Shown here: positions 10,776 to 21,823 of the stretch, piece after piece
Numbering within the stretch: position 1 is the stretch's first letter
How the letters are laid out: each line of letters opens with the position of its first letter
NCBI GenBank assembly: GCA_965226375.1
Contig: CBDDCX010000007.1
Span: 544,001-608,000, forward strand
Source: Longimicrobiales bacterium
Lineage (GTDB): Bacteria; Gemmatimonadota; Gemmatimonadetes; Longimicrobiales; Gaopeijiaceae
DNA: 64,000 nt
Direction: 5' to 3'
Translations under genes and position numbers: made by a program
The notes under the pieces: generated by a model
Told to the model about the DNA's origin: nothing
The model's input: only the letters and a program-made list of their open reading frames with translations
Databases searched by the model: none

Positions 10776-12419
10776 ATGGTCATCCACCTGGGATTACGTA
10801 CCCCGTTTTTCATCCGTAGCGCAGGGCTCCTATTGGCTCTGGCCGTCCTCGTGAGCCCCGCGGCAGCCCAGAACGGACACGGGCACGACGGCCCGGTCCT
10901 CGGGGCTGTGCACTTCGACGTCTCGTGCCGTGCGGTGTCGGACGACTTCGACCGCGCCGTCGCGTTCCTCCACCATATGCAGTACGAGGAGTCGCGGGCG
11001 GCCTTCGAGGCTATCGCCCAGGCCGATGAACGATGTGCCATGGCTCACTGGGGAATCGCCATGACCCTTTTCCAGCCGCTTTGGCCGGCGCGTCCCAGCC
11101 TCGAGAATCTCAGGCGCGGGTGGAGCGAAGTGCAGAAGGCACGAGCGCTCGGACCGGGGGGTGATCGGGAAACCGGACTGCTGGAGGCTACCGCTGCGTT
11201 CTTCAGGGATCCTGATTCAACGGACTATTGGACTCGTATCAGCCGCTGGGCCGAGGCCATGTCCGCTACGCGTGAGGCCTTTCCCGCCGACCGTGAGACG
11301 GCAGCTCTCTACGCTCTCTCCCAGCTCGCTGCAGGCCAGGTCGCCGAGGACCGCATGGTCCATCAGAGTCGCGCGGCGAAGGTCTTGCTCGAAATCTACG
11401 ACGCCGAGCCCACACATCCGGGTGCGATCCACTACACGATCCATGCGAATGACGTAACCACCCGGGCCGACAAGTCTCTGGAGGTCGTGCGGAGCTACGA
11501 CGACATCGCACCTCGGGTACCCCACGCTCTCCACATGCCCACCCACATCTTCGTGCGCCTAGGCGAGTGGCCCGAGGTCATCGAGTGGAATCGCAAGTCG
11601 GCCGAGGCTGCGCTCCTGTTTCCGGCTGGCGATCGACTGTCGCATCACTCTCCGCATGCCTTGGACTATCTGGTGTACGCCCACCTGCAGCGGGGTGACA
11701 ATGAGGCGGCTTCGGAGATCATGAGTGAGCTCTCCGGGCACACGGAGCCGTATCAGGGCACGTTTATGTCAGCGTTTCACCTGGCGGCCGTGGAGGCCCG
11801 TTATGCCGTCGAGCGTCGCTCGTGGACCGAGGCGAAGAAGGTCGCGGTCCGGTCTCAGGCGTCTCTGGAGTGGGATCGGTTCTGGTGGGCAGAGTCCTTG
11901 AGTTGGTTCGCTCGGGGTCTCGGAGCAGCCAAGACCAATGACGACGATGCAGCGGTTCGGGCGGAGGACCGCATGGTCCGTCTACGCGATGCCGCGAAGG
12001 CAGCGGGCGAAGAGGCGTTCGTTACGCATATAGAGATCGACAGGCTGGTCCTGTCGGCCTGGCGCAGCCATGCCACCGGACAAGGCGAACGAGCCGTATC
12101 CACCATGAGGAGGGCGGTAGCGCTCGAGGCCACCACCGAGAAGCATCCGGTCACGCCGGGAGCGATATATCCGTCCCAGGAAGCCCTGGGTGATCTCTTG
12201 CTGGAGCTTGAGCGGCCCGGCGAGGCACTGCAGGCCTATCAGGCTTCGCTGGCCACATGGCCCGGTCGGTTCAACAGTCTCGCAGGCGCGGCCCGGGCGG
12301 CCAGAGCTGCGAACCTGGACGATACCGCCCGTAAGTACTACGAGACTTTGCTTGCCATCGCCTCGACGGGGAGCCAAAGACCCGCGGTGGCCGAGGCCCG
12401 GAGCTTTCTGGACGGCTAG
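10776..12419 (+). CDS. Secreted TPR-repeat protein with His-rich motifs
   Basis: Signal peptide, LGAVHFDVSC, CAMAHWGIAM, HPGAIHYTIH, PHALHMPTHIF; AGGAG SD. Confidence 0.75.
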   Translation: MVIHLGLRTPFFIRSAGLLLALAVLVSPAAAQNGHGHDGPVLGAVHFDVSCRAVSDDFDRAVAFLHHMQYEESRAAFEAIAQADERCAMAHWGIAMTLFQPLWPARPSLENLRRGWSEVQKARALGPGGDRETGLLEATAAFFRDPDSTDYWTRISRWAEAMSATREAFPADRETAALYALSQLAAGQVAEDRMVHQSRAAKVLLEIYDAEPTHPGAIHYTIHANDVTTRADKSLEVVRSYDDIAPRVPHALHMPTHIFVRLGEWPEVIEWNRKSAEAALLFPAGDRLSHHSPHALDYLVYAHLQRGDNEAASEIMSELSGHTEPYQGTFMSAFHLAAVEARYAVERRSWTEAKKVAVRSQASLEWDRFWWAESLSWFARGLGAAKTNDDDAAVRAEDRMVRLRDAAKAAGEEAFVTHIEIDRLVLSAWRSHATGQGERAVSTMRRAVALEATTEKHPVTPGAIYPSQEALGDLLLELERPGEALQAYQASLATWPGRFNSLAGAARAARAANLDDTARKYYETLLAIASTGSQRPAVAEARSFLDG

Positions 12420-12434
12420 GGGACCCTTGGTGGG

Positions 12435-12458
12435 CCCCCGGAACCCCTCCGGGGGCCT
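12435..12458. terminator. Hairpin between convergent genes
   Basis: GGCCCCCGGA...TCCGGGGGCC inverted repeat. Confidence 0.55.
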
Positions 12459-13247
12459 TCATTCTCGTCGTCGGTCTCTCCGTGCGGCCGCCATCTCTAC
12501 CAGACGGCGGAGTTCCTGAATCGGCTCGACGTGATCGTCCACCTGGAGCCTCAACACGACGTCGTTGTTCAACCACACCCCGCCATCCTCCTTGACGATG
12601 AGAAGGGCGGCGGACTGCATGCCCCTCTTGTCCCCGCCCGCGGCCTGGCCGTGTTCCAGTGCGGCCACCAGCCTGAGTGACAGGTGGCCGTCCGTTTCTT
12701 CGAACCCCCGGATCATTTCGTCCACGACCTCCGGACCCGCCAGGATGTTGCCTTGGGCCGATGCGTATCGACCGACCCTATGGCCGGCCCAGTCACTCGC
12801 CCCCGGTCCAGTGTGGGTGGCGACCTCGCCTTGCGCGTTCATTACGGAGAACTGCCGCCCCTTGATGGTCCAGCGATCGGGTCGAGGATTCGGGTCGTTC
12901 GCGAGGACGTTTTCCACGACCTGGGCGGGAGCCTGACCCTGTCTCAGTAGCTCCAGAGCCTGGGGTCCGTAGCTCACGTCCACGATAGCCTGCGTCGCCA
13001 CTACTCCCACCCCTGCTTCTCCCCAGATCACCCCGTTGCCAACCGAGAACACGCGCGACTGCACCGCCACGCCGACTTCTCCGGTGGCCGGGTCGTAGCC
13101 GAGGATCGAGAAGGTCGCGACGGGCGGCCAGGGACCCTCCATCGTCTGCGACCCCGAGTCCTGGCCATGAACGGGGACGGAACCTACGGCCAGGGCGCAC
13201 AGAGCCAGGACCGCGACGAGGAAGACACTCGAGAGGCGCGATGACAT
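12459..13247 (-). CDS. DUF1028 Ntn-hydrolase family protein
   Basis: ATFSILGYDPATGEVGVAVQS, QGNILAG, GGDKRGMQSAAL, LQVDDH; signal peptide. Confidence 0.85.
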   Translation of the reverse strand: MSSRLSSVFLVAVLALCALAVGSVPVHGQDSGSQTMEGPWPPVATFSILGYDPATGEVGVAVQSRVFSVGNGVIWGEAGVGVVATQAIVDVSYGPQALELLRQGQAPAQVVENVLANDPNPRPDRWTIKGRQFSVMNAQGEVATHTGPGASDWAGHRVGRYASAQGNILAGPEVVDEMIRGFEETDGHLSLRLVAALEHGQAAGGDKRGMQSAALLIVKEDGGVWLNNDVVLRLQVDDHVEPIQELRRLVEMAAARRDRRRE

Positions 13248-13481
13248 GGGGACTCTCCTGCTGGCCGGATGGAACGGCGAACGACTCGCTTAAGCTGTGG
13301 CCGCGCCGGTGTGACCGCCAGCTACCGCAGTACTCCCCGGTAGCGAGCCGAATCACCGCCATACTGTGGGAAGATGCGATCGAGGTGTTCGGCACCCAAG
13401 TGACCCGCGACCACTTCCCCGAATACGTCTCGGAAGTCGGTGGTGACGGCCAGGTCGCGGCCCTCGTAGAGCTGCTGATTC

Positions 13482-14857
13482 GGTAGTGTCCCTAGATTTG
13501 TGTAAAAGCGGATAAGCTGGACAGGAGGGAAAGAAAAACGGAAGCTCCTCTGTTGTTGTTCACTGTCACATGAACCCGGGAGGCCGGGTCTGCAGAGCAG
13601 GCTCGGAACCGGAGAGGAGCTTCCGATGCAAGAGATTGTGGAGATCGGTCGGGCCACGCAAGACGAGCTACGCGATGATTTGCGCGAGCTGTTTCAAGGC
13701 GCGATCCGGCTGACGCTCGAGATGGTGCTGGAAGAGGAGCTGAAGGCTATGGTAGGTGCACGCCGCTTCGAGCGGGTGGGAAGCCGGAAGGACCATAGGA
13801 ACGGCACATACCTGAGGCGGCTGCTGACGAGCCTGGGACAGATCGAGGTCGCCATGCCCCGGAGCCGGGACAACGGTTCGCCGGCCGACGTGATCGGCCG
13901 CTACCAGCGCAGGAGCCCCGAGCTCGACGAGATGATGGTCGAGGCGTATGTGAGCGGCGTGTCACAGCGCAAGATGGGCGACGTCACCGAGGCGCTGATG
14001 GGCGAGCGTGTCGGGCGCTCGACGGTGAGTCGTGTGGCAAAACGGCTCGACGAGGCCGTGGAAGGGCTGCGCCGTGCGCCGATCGAGGGGCCTCACCCCT
14101 ATCTGTACCTGGACGCCACGTTCTTGGACGCCCGCTGGGCCCGCAAAGTCGAGAACGTGAGTGCGCTCGTGGCGTATGCAGTGGGCCCTGAGGGTCACCG
14201 ACGGCTCCTGGCCGTCACGCTGGGCGCTGAGGAGTCGCAGCAGAGCTGGTCGGAGCTCCTCGAGCAACTCCAGGACCGCGGCCTCGGCGGTGTCGAGCTC
14301 GTGATCGCCGATGAGCACGCAGGCCTGGCAGCTGCGGTCCGCCGCTTCCTGCCCGAGGCACGCCGTCAGAGGTGTACGGTCCATCTGCAGCGTAATGTGG
14401 GGGCGAGGGTCCCCCACCGCCTACGCAAGCGCGTGGCGCGTGAGGTCTCGGTGATCTTCCAGACATCCGGACTCGCCGAGGCGAAGAAGCTCCTGGGCGA
14501 GTTCGGCGCACGCTGGAAGAAGGAGCTGCCCGAGGCCGTGGAGGTCCTGGAGCGGGGCTTCGGGGCAGCGACGCAGTTCTACGCGTTCCCCGAGGCGCAC
14601 TGGCCCCGGCTGCGTACCACCAACAGCCTCGAGCGGCTGCACGGCGAGATCAAACGCAGGATCAAGGCCGCCGGCGCCTTCCCGGACCGGGCCAGCGCCC
14701 TCAGGCTCATCACGGTCGTCGCACTCAGGACCACACACGTCTGGGGCGACCGGCGTTACCTCGACCTCTCACTCCTCCAGAAACAGGAGGTCGCCCAAGC
14801 AGCCTAGCCGAAGGCGAGGAGCTTCCTCCGCTTTTACACACAAATCGGGACTTGACC
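13482..14857 (+). mobile_element. IS256-family element, complete (1376 bp)
   Basis: Imperfect IRs GGTAGTGTCCCTAGATTTGTGTAAAAGCGGA / GGTCAAGTCCCGATTTGTGTGTAAAAGCGGA; 8-bp TSD GCTGATTC at 13474-13481 and 14858-14865. Confidence 0.93.
13626..14807 (+). CDS. IS256-family transposase
   Basis: RNG.Y.R, YLYLDA, IADEHAGL, QRCTVH, TTNSLERLHGEIKRR. Confidence 0.93.
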   Translation: MQEIVEIGRATQDELRDDLRELFQGAIRLTLEMVLEEELKAMVGARRFERVGSRKDHRNGTYLRRLLTSLGQIEVAMPRSRDNGSPADVIGRYQRRSPELDEMMVEAYVSGVSQRKMGDVTEALMGERVGRSTVSRVAKRLDEAVEGLRRAPIEGPHPYLYLDATFLDARWARKVENVSALVAYAVGPEGHRRLLAVTLGAEESQQSWSELLEQLQDRGLGGVELVIADEHAGLAAAVRRFLPEARRQRCTVHLQRNVGARVPHRLRKRVAREVSVIFQTSGLAEAKKLLGEFGARWKKELPEAVEVLERGFGAATQFYAFPEAHWPRLRTTNSLERLHGEIKRRIKAAGAFPDRASALRLITVVALRTTHVWGDRRYLDLSLLQKQEVAQAA

Positions 14858-16027
14858 GCTGATTCTCGAGCCCCGGCCAATCACCGAGGATCCGGCCCCC
14901 GTTCACGGCCCCACCGAGCGCCAGCATACAGTTGGCGTGTCCGTGATCCGTGCCCCCTGATCCGTTCTCGGCAACCGTGCGTCCGAACTCGGACATGGTC
15001 AGGATCACGACATCCTCCATGGGATCGCCCAGGTCGTCATACAGAGCGCGAATCCCCTGACCGAGTTGGGTCAATCGGCCGGCGAGCTGCCCCTGTGCGC
15101 CGCCCTGCCTCACGTGCGTATCCCAGCCACCGAGGTCGGCGAACGCGATCTCTACTCCTACGTCGGCCTTTACTAGCTGAGCGATCTGGCGGAGAGATCG
15201 CCCGAAGTCGCCGTTCGGGTACTCGGCACCGTCCGCCGGCTCGTAGCGAGTTGGATCGACTGTCTCCAGAATGCGCACCGCCTCGAAGGCCTCGTCCGCG
15301 GCCGCCGAGACCGCATCTCCATCACCCGTACGATAGAGACGTCGAAACGCCGATCCCACCTCGTCTCCCCCACGTATTCCGAAGTCGTCCAGGTCGGGAA
15401 TGGCCAGCGCGGGATGATCCCCCTGAAGCGCCCGCGGCAGGGCACTGGTCAGCGAGACACCACGAAGAGAGGGTACGGTAGCCATGGCCACCTGGCCCGC
15501 CATGTGATCCGCGGCGTGCGCGGTCGGATTATCCAGCGTACGGCCTCCGCAGGCTGCGCATCCGGTGTCCTGCAGAACCCGATTCAGCCAACCATCCCCT
15601 GTGGATTTCACGCCGGGTGTACCGGTTTCCATGAAGTCCTGGGCGTCGAAATGCGAACGCGTCGGATGCGGAGAGCCCACGGCGTGGACCACGGCCATCT
15701 CACCCCGACCGTACAGGTCCTGGAGGGACGCCAGGGCGGGGTGAAGTCCGAAGAAACCGTCGAGATCGAGCGTGCTGCCCTCCTGCGAGCCCGGCGCCTG
15801 AATAGCGATGCTACGTCGGGAGTCGTGGTACCCGCGCTCTCCGAAGGGAACGACCATGGAGAGCCCATCCACGGCGCCTCGCTGGAAGATGCAGATGAGT
15901 GTCTTCTTGCGATCCAATCCCTGCGTGCCGGCCATCAACGGCTGCAGCAGGAAGTCTGGTGGGAGTCCGAGTGCCAGCAGGGCAAGCGCACCCTGTCCGA
16001 CGAAGATGCGTCTTTCGATGTTGTCCA

Positions 16028-19000
16028 TCAGTGCCTCTGGAATTCGGGTGAACCCAAGATCAGGCCGAGAGCCCGGACCCCGCCTTCGCTCTCTTTTTCA
16101 GGCGGGTTCGCCTGGAGGTCATCGTGGATCACGGTCATGAGCTCGGAGGAATCGACCCCGGGCAGAAGCGCGCCTGCCAAACCCGGAAGACCCTCCCCGC
16201 CCGCCCGCCTGATCTCGGCCAACAGGCGGTCTCCGTCGGGACCCACGCCTCGCAGCGCACCCGCCACGTAGGACGTAGCGAAGTTCATCCGCGCCAGCAT
16301 GGCCCCGCTGGAGGCCCACTGCGCGCTGGTCTCGGGGTAACCTGTCGGGGGCTCCGCCAGGTAGGGTGCCTCACCGAGAGAGCGAAGTGGCTCTACCAGG
16401 ACCCGAGCGTTCGGCATGTGCCCGTGGGTCATACGAAGTGTGCTGGCAACGAGCAGGAAGGGCGACTTCACGCGGTCGCCCACAACACCGGCATCGTAGA
16501 ACTCGTCTGCCGTGAACAGCACCTTCGTCAGCTCCCGTAGATCCCCGTCGGTTGCCAGGAAGACCTCGGCGAGGTGGTCCACCAACGCCATCGGCGGTTG
16601 GTCCACCACGAAGCGGGTAGCCAGCTGGGTCGCGATGTGCCGTGCTGTGGAGGGGTGTCGCGCCAGAGTACGAATCAGTTCGACCCCTTCATCCTGGCCA
16701 CCACCGGACGGGAAGTCATGACCCATCACGGTCTTTTCACCGGCGTCGTGAAGCTCAGTACGAAACCGGAAGCGATACGCCTCCGCGTAGTCCACGTCGG
16801 GCAACACGATGCGTCCGTCCTCATAGGACGCCCTGGCCTGACGCATGTCCATGCGGTTCCCCGGCTGTTGGAACGTCCAACCGGTGAGGATGCGAGCGAC
16901 GTCGATCACGTCGGCCTGCGTATATCCTCCGTCCACGCCAAGGGTGTGGAGTTCCATGAGCTCGCGAGCATAGTTCTCGTTGAGACCGGCCGTTCGACGG
17001 CGCTGCTCCCGCTCCCGGTCCCGCAGCTGCGCCATGCGCTCTCTGGCTCGGTCGCGGGCCTGAGGTGGCATCCGCTGCATGCGTCGGGCGACCTCGTCCC
17101 GCCGATCCTTGGCCCTGAGTGAGCTGTCAGGCGCGACGCTCTGGAAGTTGTCGAGGTAGAAGAGCATGGCCGGGTGCCGGGCCGTGGCGAGTACCATGTC
17201 CTCGAACTTCCCGAACACATTGCCTCGAATGGCGGTCCTCTCGTCATCGGACACCAACCAGCGGGTCGCGCCCTTGCCCCAGAACACGTTGAAATGATCG
17301 AACCAGAAGGCCGTCATCATTTCCTCGAGCTGTCGTTCCGAGTGGACAGCCCTTGTGAGGCGGGCACTCGACATGTCCGCGAGGATCCTCCGAGGGCCCC
17401 GTTCTCCGAGTTCTCGCCTCAGGGTGCGCCGTTCGTTCCGGGAGAGCGACTCGTCTTGTGCAAGCTCTCGAAGGGGCTGGAGCACCTGTCCGGGAGGGTA
17501 CTGCTCCAGGAGCTCCGTGAGACTCATGGTGGCGACGGAGGTACCGGCGAGGAGTGGATCGAGAGCCGAGTCGTCGATCCGCTCGGGATGCAGCTGCACA
17601 TCGAGCCAGTCCGCGATCCCGATCGAGAGCACAGCGTCGATATCCTGGGGTCGTGGCCCGTAGGTCGCCCGTTGCAAGAGGTGGATGGCCTTGGCCCGGA
17701 CCGTATCTTCGCCGTTCTGGGCTTTGGCGGCCGGAGCCTTTGCCAGGCCATTTAGCGCCCCCGATTTCTCTGGACAGTAGATTGGCAAAGACAGCGGGTC
17801 CAGAGAGAAAGGGACGTGATGGCCCAGAAGCCGAGGGAGAACAAGGCGACCGCAGGTCGTGAGAAGGTACCCGAGCGGTGGAGTGCCCAGCAGAAAACGG
17901 AGGTGGTGCTGCGCCTGCTACGGGGTGAGGACCTGGTGGAGGTCAGCCGCGAGGTACAGGTCTCACCGCCGGAGCTGGAGGAATGGCGGCGGGTGTTCCT
18001 GGAGACCGGTCAGCAGGGACTGAGACGCCGGGGCCGAGACCCTGGAGAACGGGAGCTGACCCGGACCCGGGCGAAGCTGGGAGAGTTGACGATGCGACTG
18101 GAGCTTGCGAGAGAACTCCTGGAAAAAAGGGGGTACGGGGACGAGCTGGAGAAGCTCTTGAAGCGCGGACGCGGGTGAGTCCGGGGACAGGGCGGCTCTA
18201 CCCTCTGACGATGATCTGCGAGGTCTGGCGGGTGGGGCGCTCGACGGTCTACGCGGCCCGAGATCGAGAAGAGAGCGACGGGCCGGCAGGGCTGAAGAAG
18301 CGCGGACCGAAGACGAAGCTGAGCGACGAGGAGTTGGTGGAGGAGATCCGACAGGTGCTGAAGGAGAGCGACTTCCTGGGCGAAGGCCACCGGAAGGTCC
18401 GGGCCCGTCTGAGAGCCAAGGGGATCGGTGTGGGCAAGAACCGCGTGCTGCGGCTGATGCGGGAGAATGGGCTGCTGGCCCCCGTACGGCGCGGAAAGCA
18501 CCCGCGTGGGGACCGGAGCCACAGCGGCCGGATCACGCGACGGATGTGCCGAACGAGCTGTGGGGTACGGACGCGACGCGGTTCTACACGAAGGAGGATG
18601 GGTGGTGCTGGTTCTTCGTGGCGGTGGATCACTGCATCACAGACGTGGTGGGCTGGCACGTGGCGAAGAAGGGCGATCGGTGGGCAGCGCTCGAGCCGAT
18701 CCGCCAGGGTGTACGAACCCACATGGACGGCTACGCGCCCAAGATCGCTCTGGGGCTCGGCCTACGGCACGACTGGGGCCCTCAGTACACCGCCCATCAG
18801 TTCCAAGGAGAGCTGGCCTGGCTCGGGATCCGCTCGACGGCCTCGTACGTAGGAGAGCCGGAGTGCAACGGCGTCGCGGAACGCTTCATGCGGACGCTGA
18901 AGGAAGAGTGCCTGTACCTCCACGACTTCGAGAGCCTCGAGGAGGCCAGGCAGGAGATCGATGCGTTCATCGAACGCTACAACCGCGGGTGGCTCCTGGA

Positions 19001-19154
19001 GCGGCACGGGTATCGGACCCCGGCCCAGGTCCGTCAGGAGCTCACCCTGAAGGCGGCATGATTAGGCCGCCGACTTGTCCAGGAAACCGGAACCGGTACA
19101 GCCAGGGAGTAGAAAAAGTCCGATGTAGAGCGAAGCTCGACCGAGTGCGCTCAT
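16028..19154 (-). pseudogene. DUF1800 protein interrupted in its signal peptide by IS3
   Basis: HLLQRATYGP, FWFDHFNV, HPAMLFYLDN, NENYARELMELHTLG, SPEFQRH; true start MSALGRASLYIGLFLLPG at 19154 (AGGAG SD) rejoins LAKAPAAKAQ across the IS. Confidence 0.88.
17751..19100 (+). mobile_element. IS3-family element copy 1 (1350 bp): orfA 17816-18178, orfB split in two frames to 19061
   Basis: Ends TTTAGCGCCCCCGATTTCTCTGGACA / TGTCCAGGAAACCGGAACCGGTACA; 4-bp TSD GCCA; A6G slippery site ~18123; WGTD, RHDWG, AERF DDE motifs. Confidence 0.92.
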
Positions 19155-19335
19155 GTTTGAACTCCTGAAAAGGGTCGCTGCTGAAGAACCTAGACGTGTA
19201 CAGCGCCTCTCGCGTTAAACCAACGGCCTACTCCGTTCGTGGGCCTCGTGGCGTCGTAGACCTCTGGCGTGTGTTAGGACGCATGGCGAGATTCGGGGGC
19301 CTCAAAGCGGAAATTCCCACTGAAAACGAAGGCTT

Positions 19336-19920
19336 GTGAAACACAAATTAGTCGTTCTTCTCAGCATCTTCCCCGTCGTGATCGTTCTGGATCTGATCAC
19401 TAAGAGCTGGGCTCTTGCCGCCCTGGAGGGTGGTCGGCGGATGGAGCTCTTTTTCGGGTATGTGCCACTGACGCTTGCCTTCAATCGGGGAGCGGCCTTC
19501 GGGCTTTCCCTAGGCAACGATCCCCGGTGGTTCTTCATCCCCATCACCATGTTGGCCATGGGGTTGTTACTGGTGCTGTTGAAACAGGCCGATGCACGTG
19601 ATTGGCTGCGCATCATCTCCGTTTCGCTGGTCGTCTCGGGAGCGTTCGGAAATCTCTACGACCGAGTGCGCTGGGATCGGGGTGTGGTCGACTTTATCGG
19701 GCCGATCGATCTCGGCGTGATGCTGTGGCCGATCTTCAACGTCGCGGACATGGCGATTTCTTGTGGCGCCGTCTTGCTGGCGATTTCGTTCTGGCGCGAA
19801 GAGAGGGAGACGGAATCGGTGGCCGCGGTGGCCGCAGTGGCCTCGGCGCCGGAGTCTCTCCCTGGAGACGCCGCCGCACCGTCCAGCGATTCTGGTGCGG
19901 TGACGGAACCGGGCGGCTGA
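19336..19920 (+). CDS. lspA: Lipoprotein signal peptidase II
   Basis: DLITK, NRGAAFG, GAFGNLYDR, VVDFI, FNVAD. Confidence 0.95.
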   Translation: MKHKLVVLLSIFPVVIVLDLITKSWALAALEGGRRMELFFGYVPLTLAFNRGAAFGLSLGNDPRWFFIPITMLAMGLLLVLLKQADARDWLRIISVSLVVSGAFGNLYDRVRWDRGVVDFIGPIDLGVMLWPIFNVADMAISCGAVLLAISFWREERETESVAAVAAVASAPESLPGDAAAPSSDSGAVTEPGG

Positions 19921-19941
19921 GAGGATGTAGCCTCCACAGCT

Positions 19942-19984
19942 AAAAATGAGCGGGCGCCGGGATCACTCCCCGCGCCCGCTTCCT
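19942..19984. terminator. Probable terminator between lspA and glnA
   Basis: A-run then AGCGGGCGC...GCGCCCGCT hairpin. Confidence 0.55.
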
Positions 19985-20056
19985 CGTCACCCTCTTGCCC
20001 GCGGTTACCGTGAAACCGTCGACAGGGCAGTCGCTAGAGGAACTGGAGGAGTCCGA

Positions 20057-21475
20057 CTAGAGCTTCAGATGTTCTCTCAGGTCCATCTCCGACACGTGCA
20101 GCCTGAACTTATCGGCCTCGACCAACTTGGTCTCCACCAGCTTCCGATGAACGTCGGCGCCGAGCGCGGCCCTGAGGAATTCGCTGTGATCTGCCACGTG
20201 AACCGCCTCGAACAGATCGTGCGGTAGAGCGGTGATGTCGAGCTCCTCCCGCTCGATGGTCGTGAGCTTGTACAGGTCCATCGACATGGGCTCGGGGATT
20301 GGCATTTTCTTGTCCAGCCCGTCCAGGCCCGCGGACAGCATGACGCTGAACGCCAGGTACGGGTTACAGGTCGGATCCGGGAAGCGCAGCTCCATCCGGG
20401 TCGCGACTTCCTTGCCCGGCTTGCAGAGCGGAATCCGTACGGCCGCGGACCGATTGCGCTCGGCCCACGCGATGTAGACGGGAGCCTCGTATCCCGGCAC
20501 CAGACGTTTGTACGAGTTGTGCGTCTGGTTCGTGATTACCGCGATCTCCCTGGAGTGGTCCAGGACGCCGGCAATGAAGTGCTTGGCCGTGGCGCTCAGG
20601 TGGTACTGGTCGCTCTTGTCGTAGAACGCGTTCGTATTCTCGTCCTTGAAGATCGACAAGTGCACGTGCATGCCGCTGCCGTTCTGGTTGGCGATCGGCT
20701 TGGGCATGAACGTGGCGAAAACCCCGCAGCGCCGTGCCACCTCTTTGACGACGTACTTGTACGTCTGGAGGTTGTCGGCCATCCGCAACGCCTCCTGGTA
20801 ACGGATGGCGATCTCGTGCTGAGACGGTCCGACCTCGGAGTGGTGATACTCGACCGGCACGCCCATGGCTTCCAGGGCGAAAACCGTCACCTCGCGAATG
20901 TCGTCTCCCACGTCCACCGGGTTGATGTCGAAGTATCCGGCGTTGTCGAGAAGGGTTGGGCCGGTCTCGTCCTTAAAGTAGAAGAACTCTGCCTCGGGCC
21001 CGATGTTCATGTGGGAGAAGCCGTGTTCGGCCAACCGCTCGAGGTTTTGGGAGAGAATAACCCGCGGGTCCGACTCATACGCGGTCCCGTCGGGATTACG
21101 AGTCTCCGCGAACATCCGAATCGACCGAGAGCCACCGGGCCGGAAGGGGAGTGCCTGCACCGTGGAGGCGATGGGCACGGCGATCATGTCGCTCTCTTGG
21201 ATCCGCCTATACCCCTCGATAGACGATCCATCGAAGCCCATCCCCTCATCGAAAGCTCCCTTGAGCTCCTTGGGCGTGATCGAGCACGACTTGAGGAATC
21301 CGATCATGTCCGTGAACCAGATACGGATCGACGCGATTCCGTACTCTTCGACGTACTTGAGAACCTCGTCGGGCGTACTCAGCGACAGCCCATTTCGAGA
21401 ATCCAGCTCGTCGACGTAGTCCTCCATCTCTTCACGAAACGCTTCGACGTCGTATAAAAGGGCATCGAGGCTCAT
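20057..21475 (-). CDS. glnA: Glutamine synthetase type I (GSI-alpha-like)
   Basis: FDGSSIEG, HHSEVGPSQHEI, TFMPKP, NGSGMHVH, SYKRLVPGYEAP, NRSAAVRIP, ELRFPDP. Confidence 0.92.
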   Translation of the reverse strand: MSLDALLYDVEAFREEMEDYVDELDSRNGLSLSTPDEVLKYVEEYGIASIRIWFTDMIGFLKSCSITPKELKGAFDEGMGFDGSSIEGYRRIQESDMIAVPIASTVQALPFRPGGSRSIRMFAETRNPDGTAYESDPRVILSQNLERLAEHGFSHMNIGPEAEFFYFKDETGPTLLDNAGYFDINPVDVGDDIREVTVFALEAMGVPVEYHHSEVGPSQHEIAIRYQEALRMADNLQTYKYVVKEVARRCGVFATFMPKPIANQNGSGMHVHLSIFKDENTNAFYDKSDQYHLSATAKHFIAGVLDHSREIAVITNQTHNSYKRLVPGYEAPVYIAWAERNRSAAVRIPLCKPGKEVATRMELRFPDPTCNPYLAFSVMLSAGLDGLDKKMPIPEPMSMDLYKLTTIEREELDITALPHDLFEAVHVADHSEFLRAALGADVHRKLVETKLVEADKFRLHVSEMDLREHLKL

Positions 21476-21823
21476 GGGTACAACTCCTCCGGGTGCTGGG
21501 TGGGGAAGGGAATCAAACGAAGGGGACTGTACGTCCCTAAAAGCGAAAACCAGGCCGGAGGAGACACTTCCTCCAGGGCCTGGTCGGGAAAATCCAACCG
21601 AGGGTCGACGGCCCTCATAGGGCCCCTCTCGACGGCAAAATCATGTGCGGCACGTGCGATGATAGATAAGGCTCTGATGCGTGTCAACCTTTGCGTACGC
21701 CACCGGCGCCAAAGTGCGGGAACGACGTACTCGAGATGGTTGCTCCCGTGCTTTGGCACTGCCACTTTTCGTAGGCGTTCACCTCATAATCGTGTTCTGT
21801 GTCATGTATGAGTCGGAGACTTC

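Larger units (their letters stand above)
13322..16028 (-). pseudogene. DUF1501 protein interrupted near C-terminus by IS256
   Basis: FQRGAVDGLS, RSHFDAQ, GGWDTH, SEFGRT..ENGSGGTDHG; reads WPGLENQ|QLYEGRDLAVTTDFR across the IS. Confidence 0.9.

Noticed and set aside
21476..21823. Riboswitch or sigma-54 promoter upstream of glnA
   Set aside because: Some hairpins but no recognisable aptamer consensus and no properly spaced GG-N10-GC element that I could confirm
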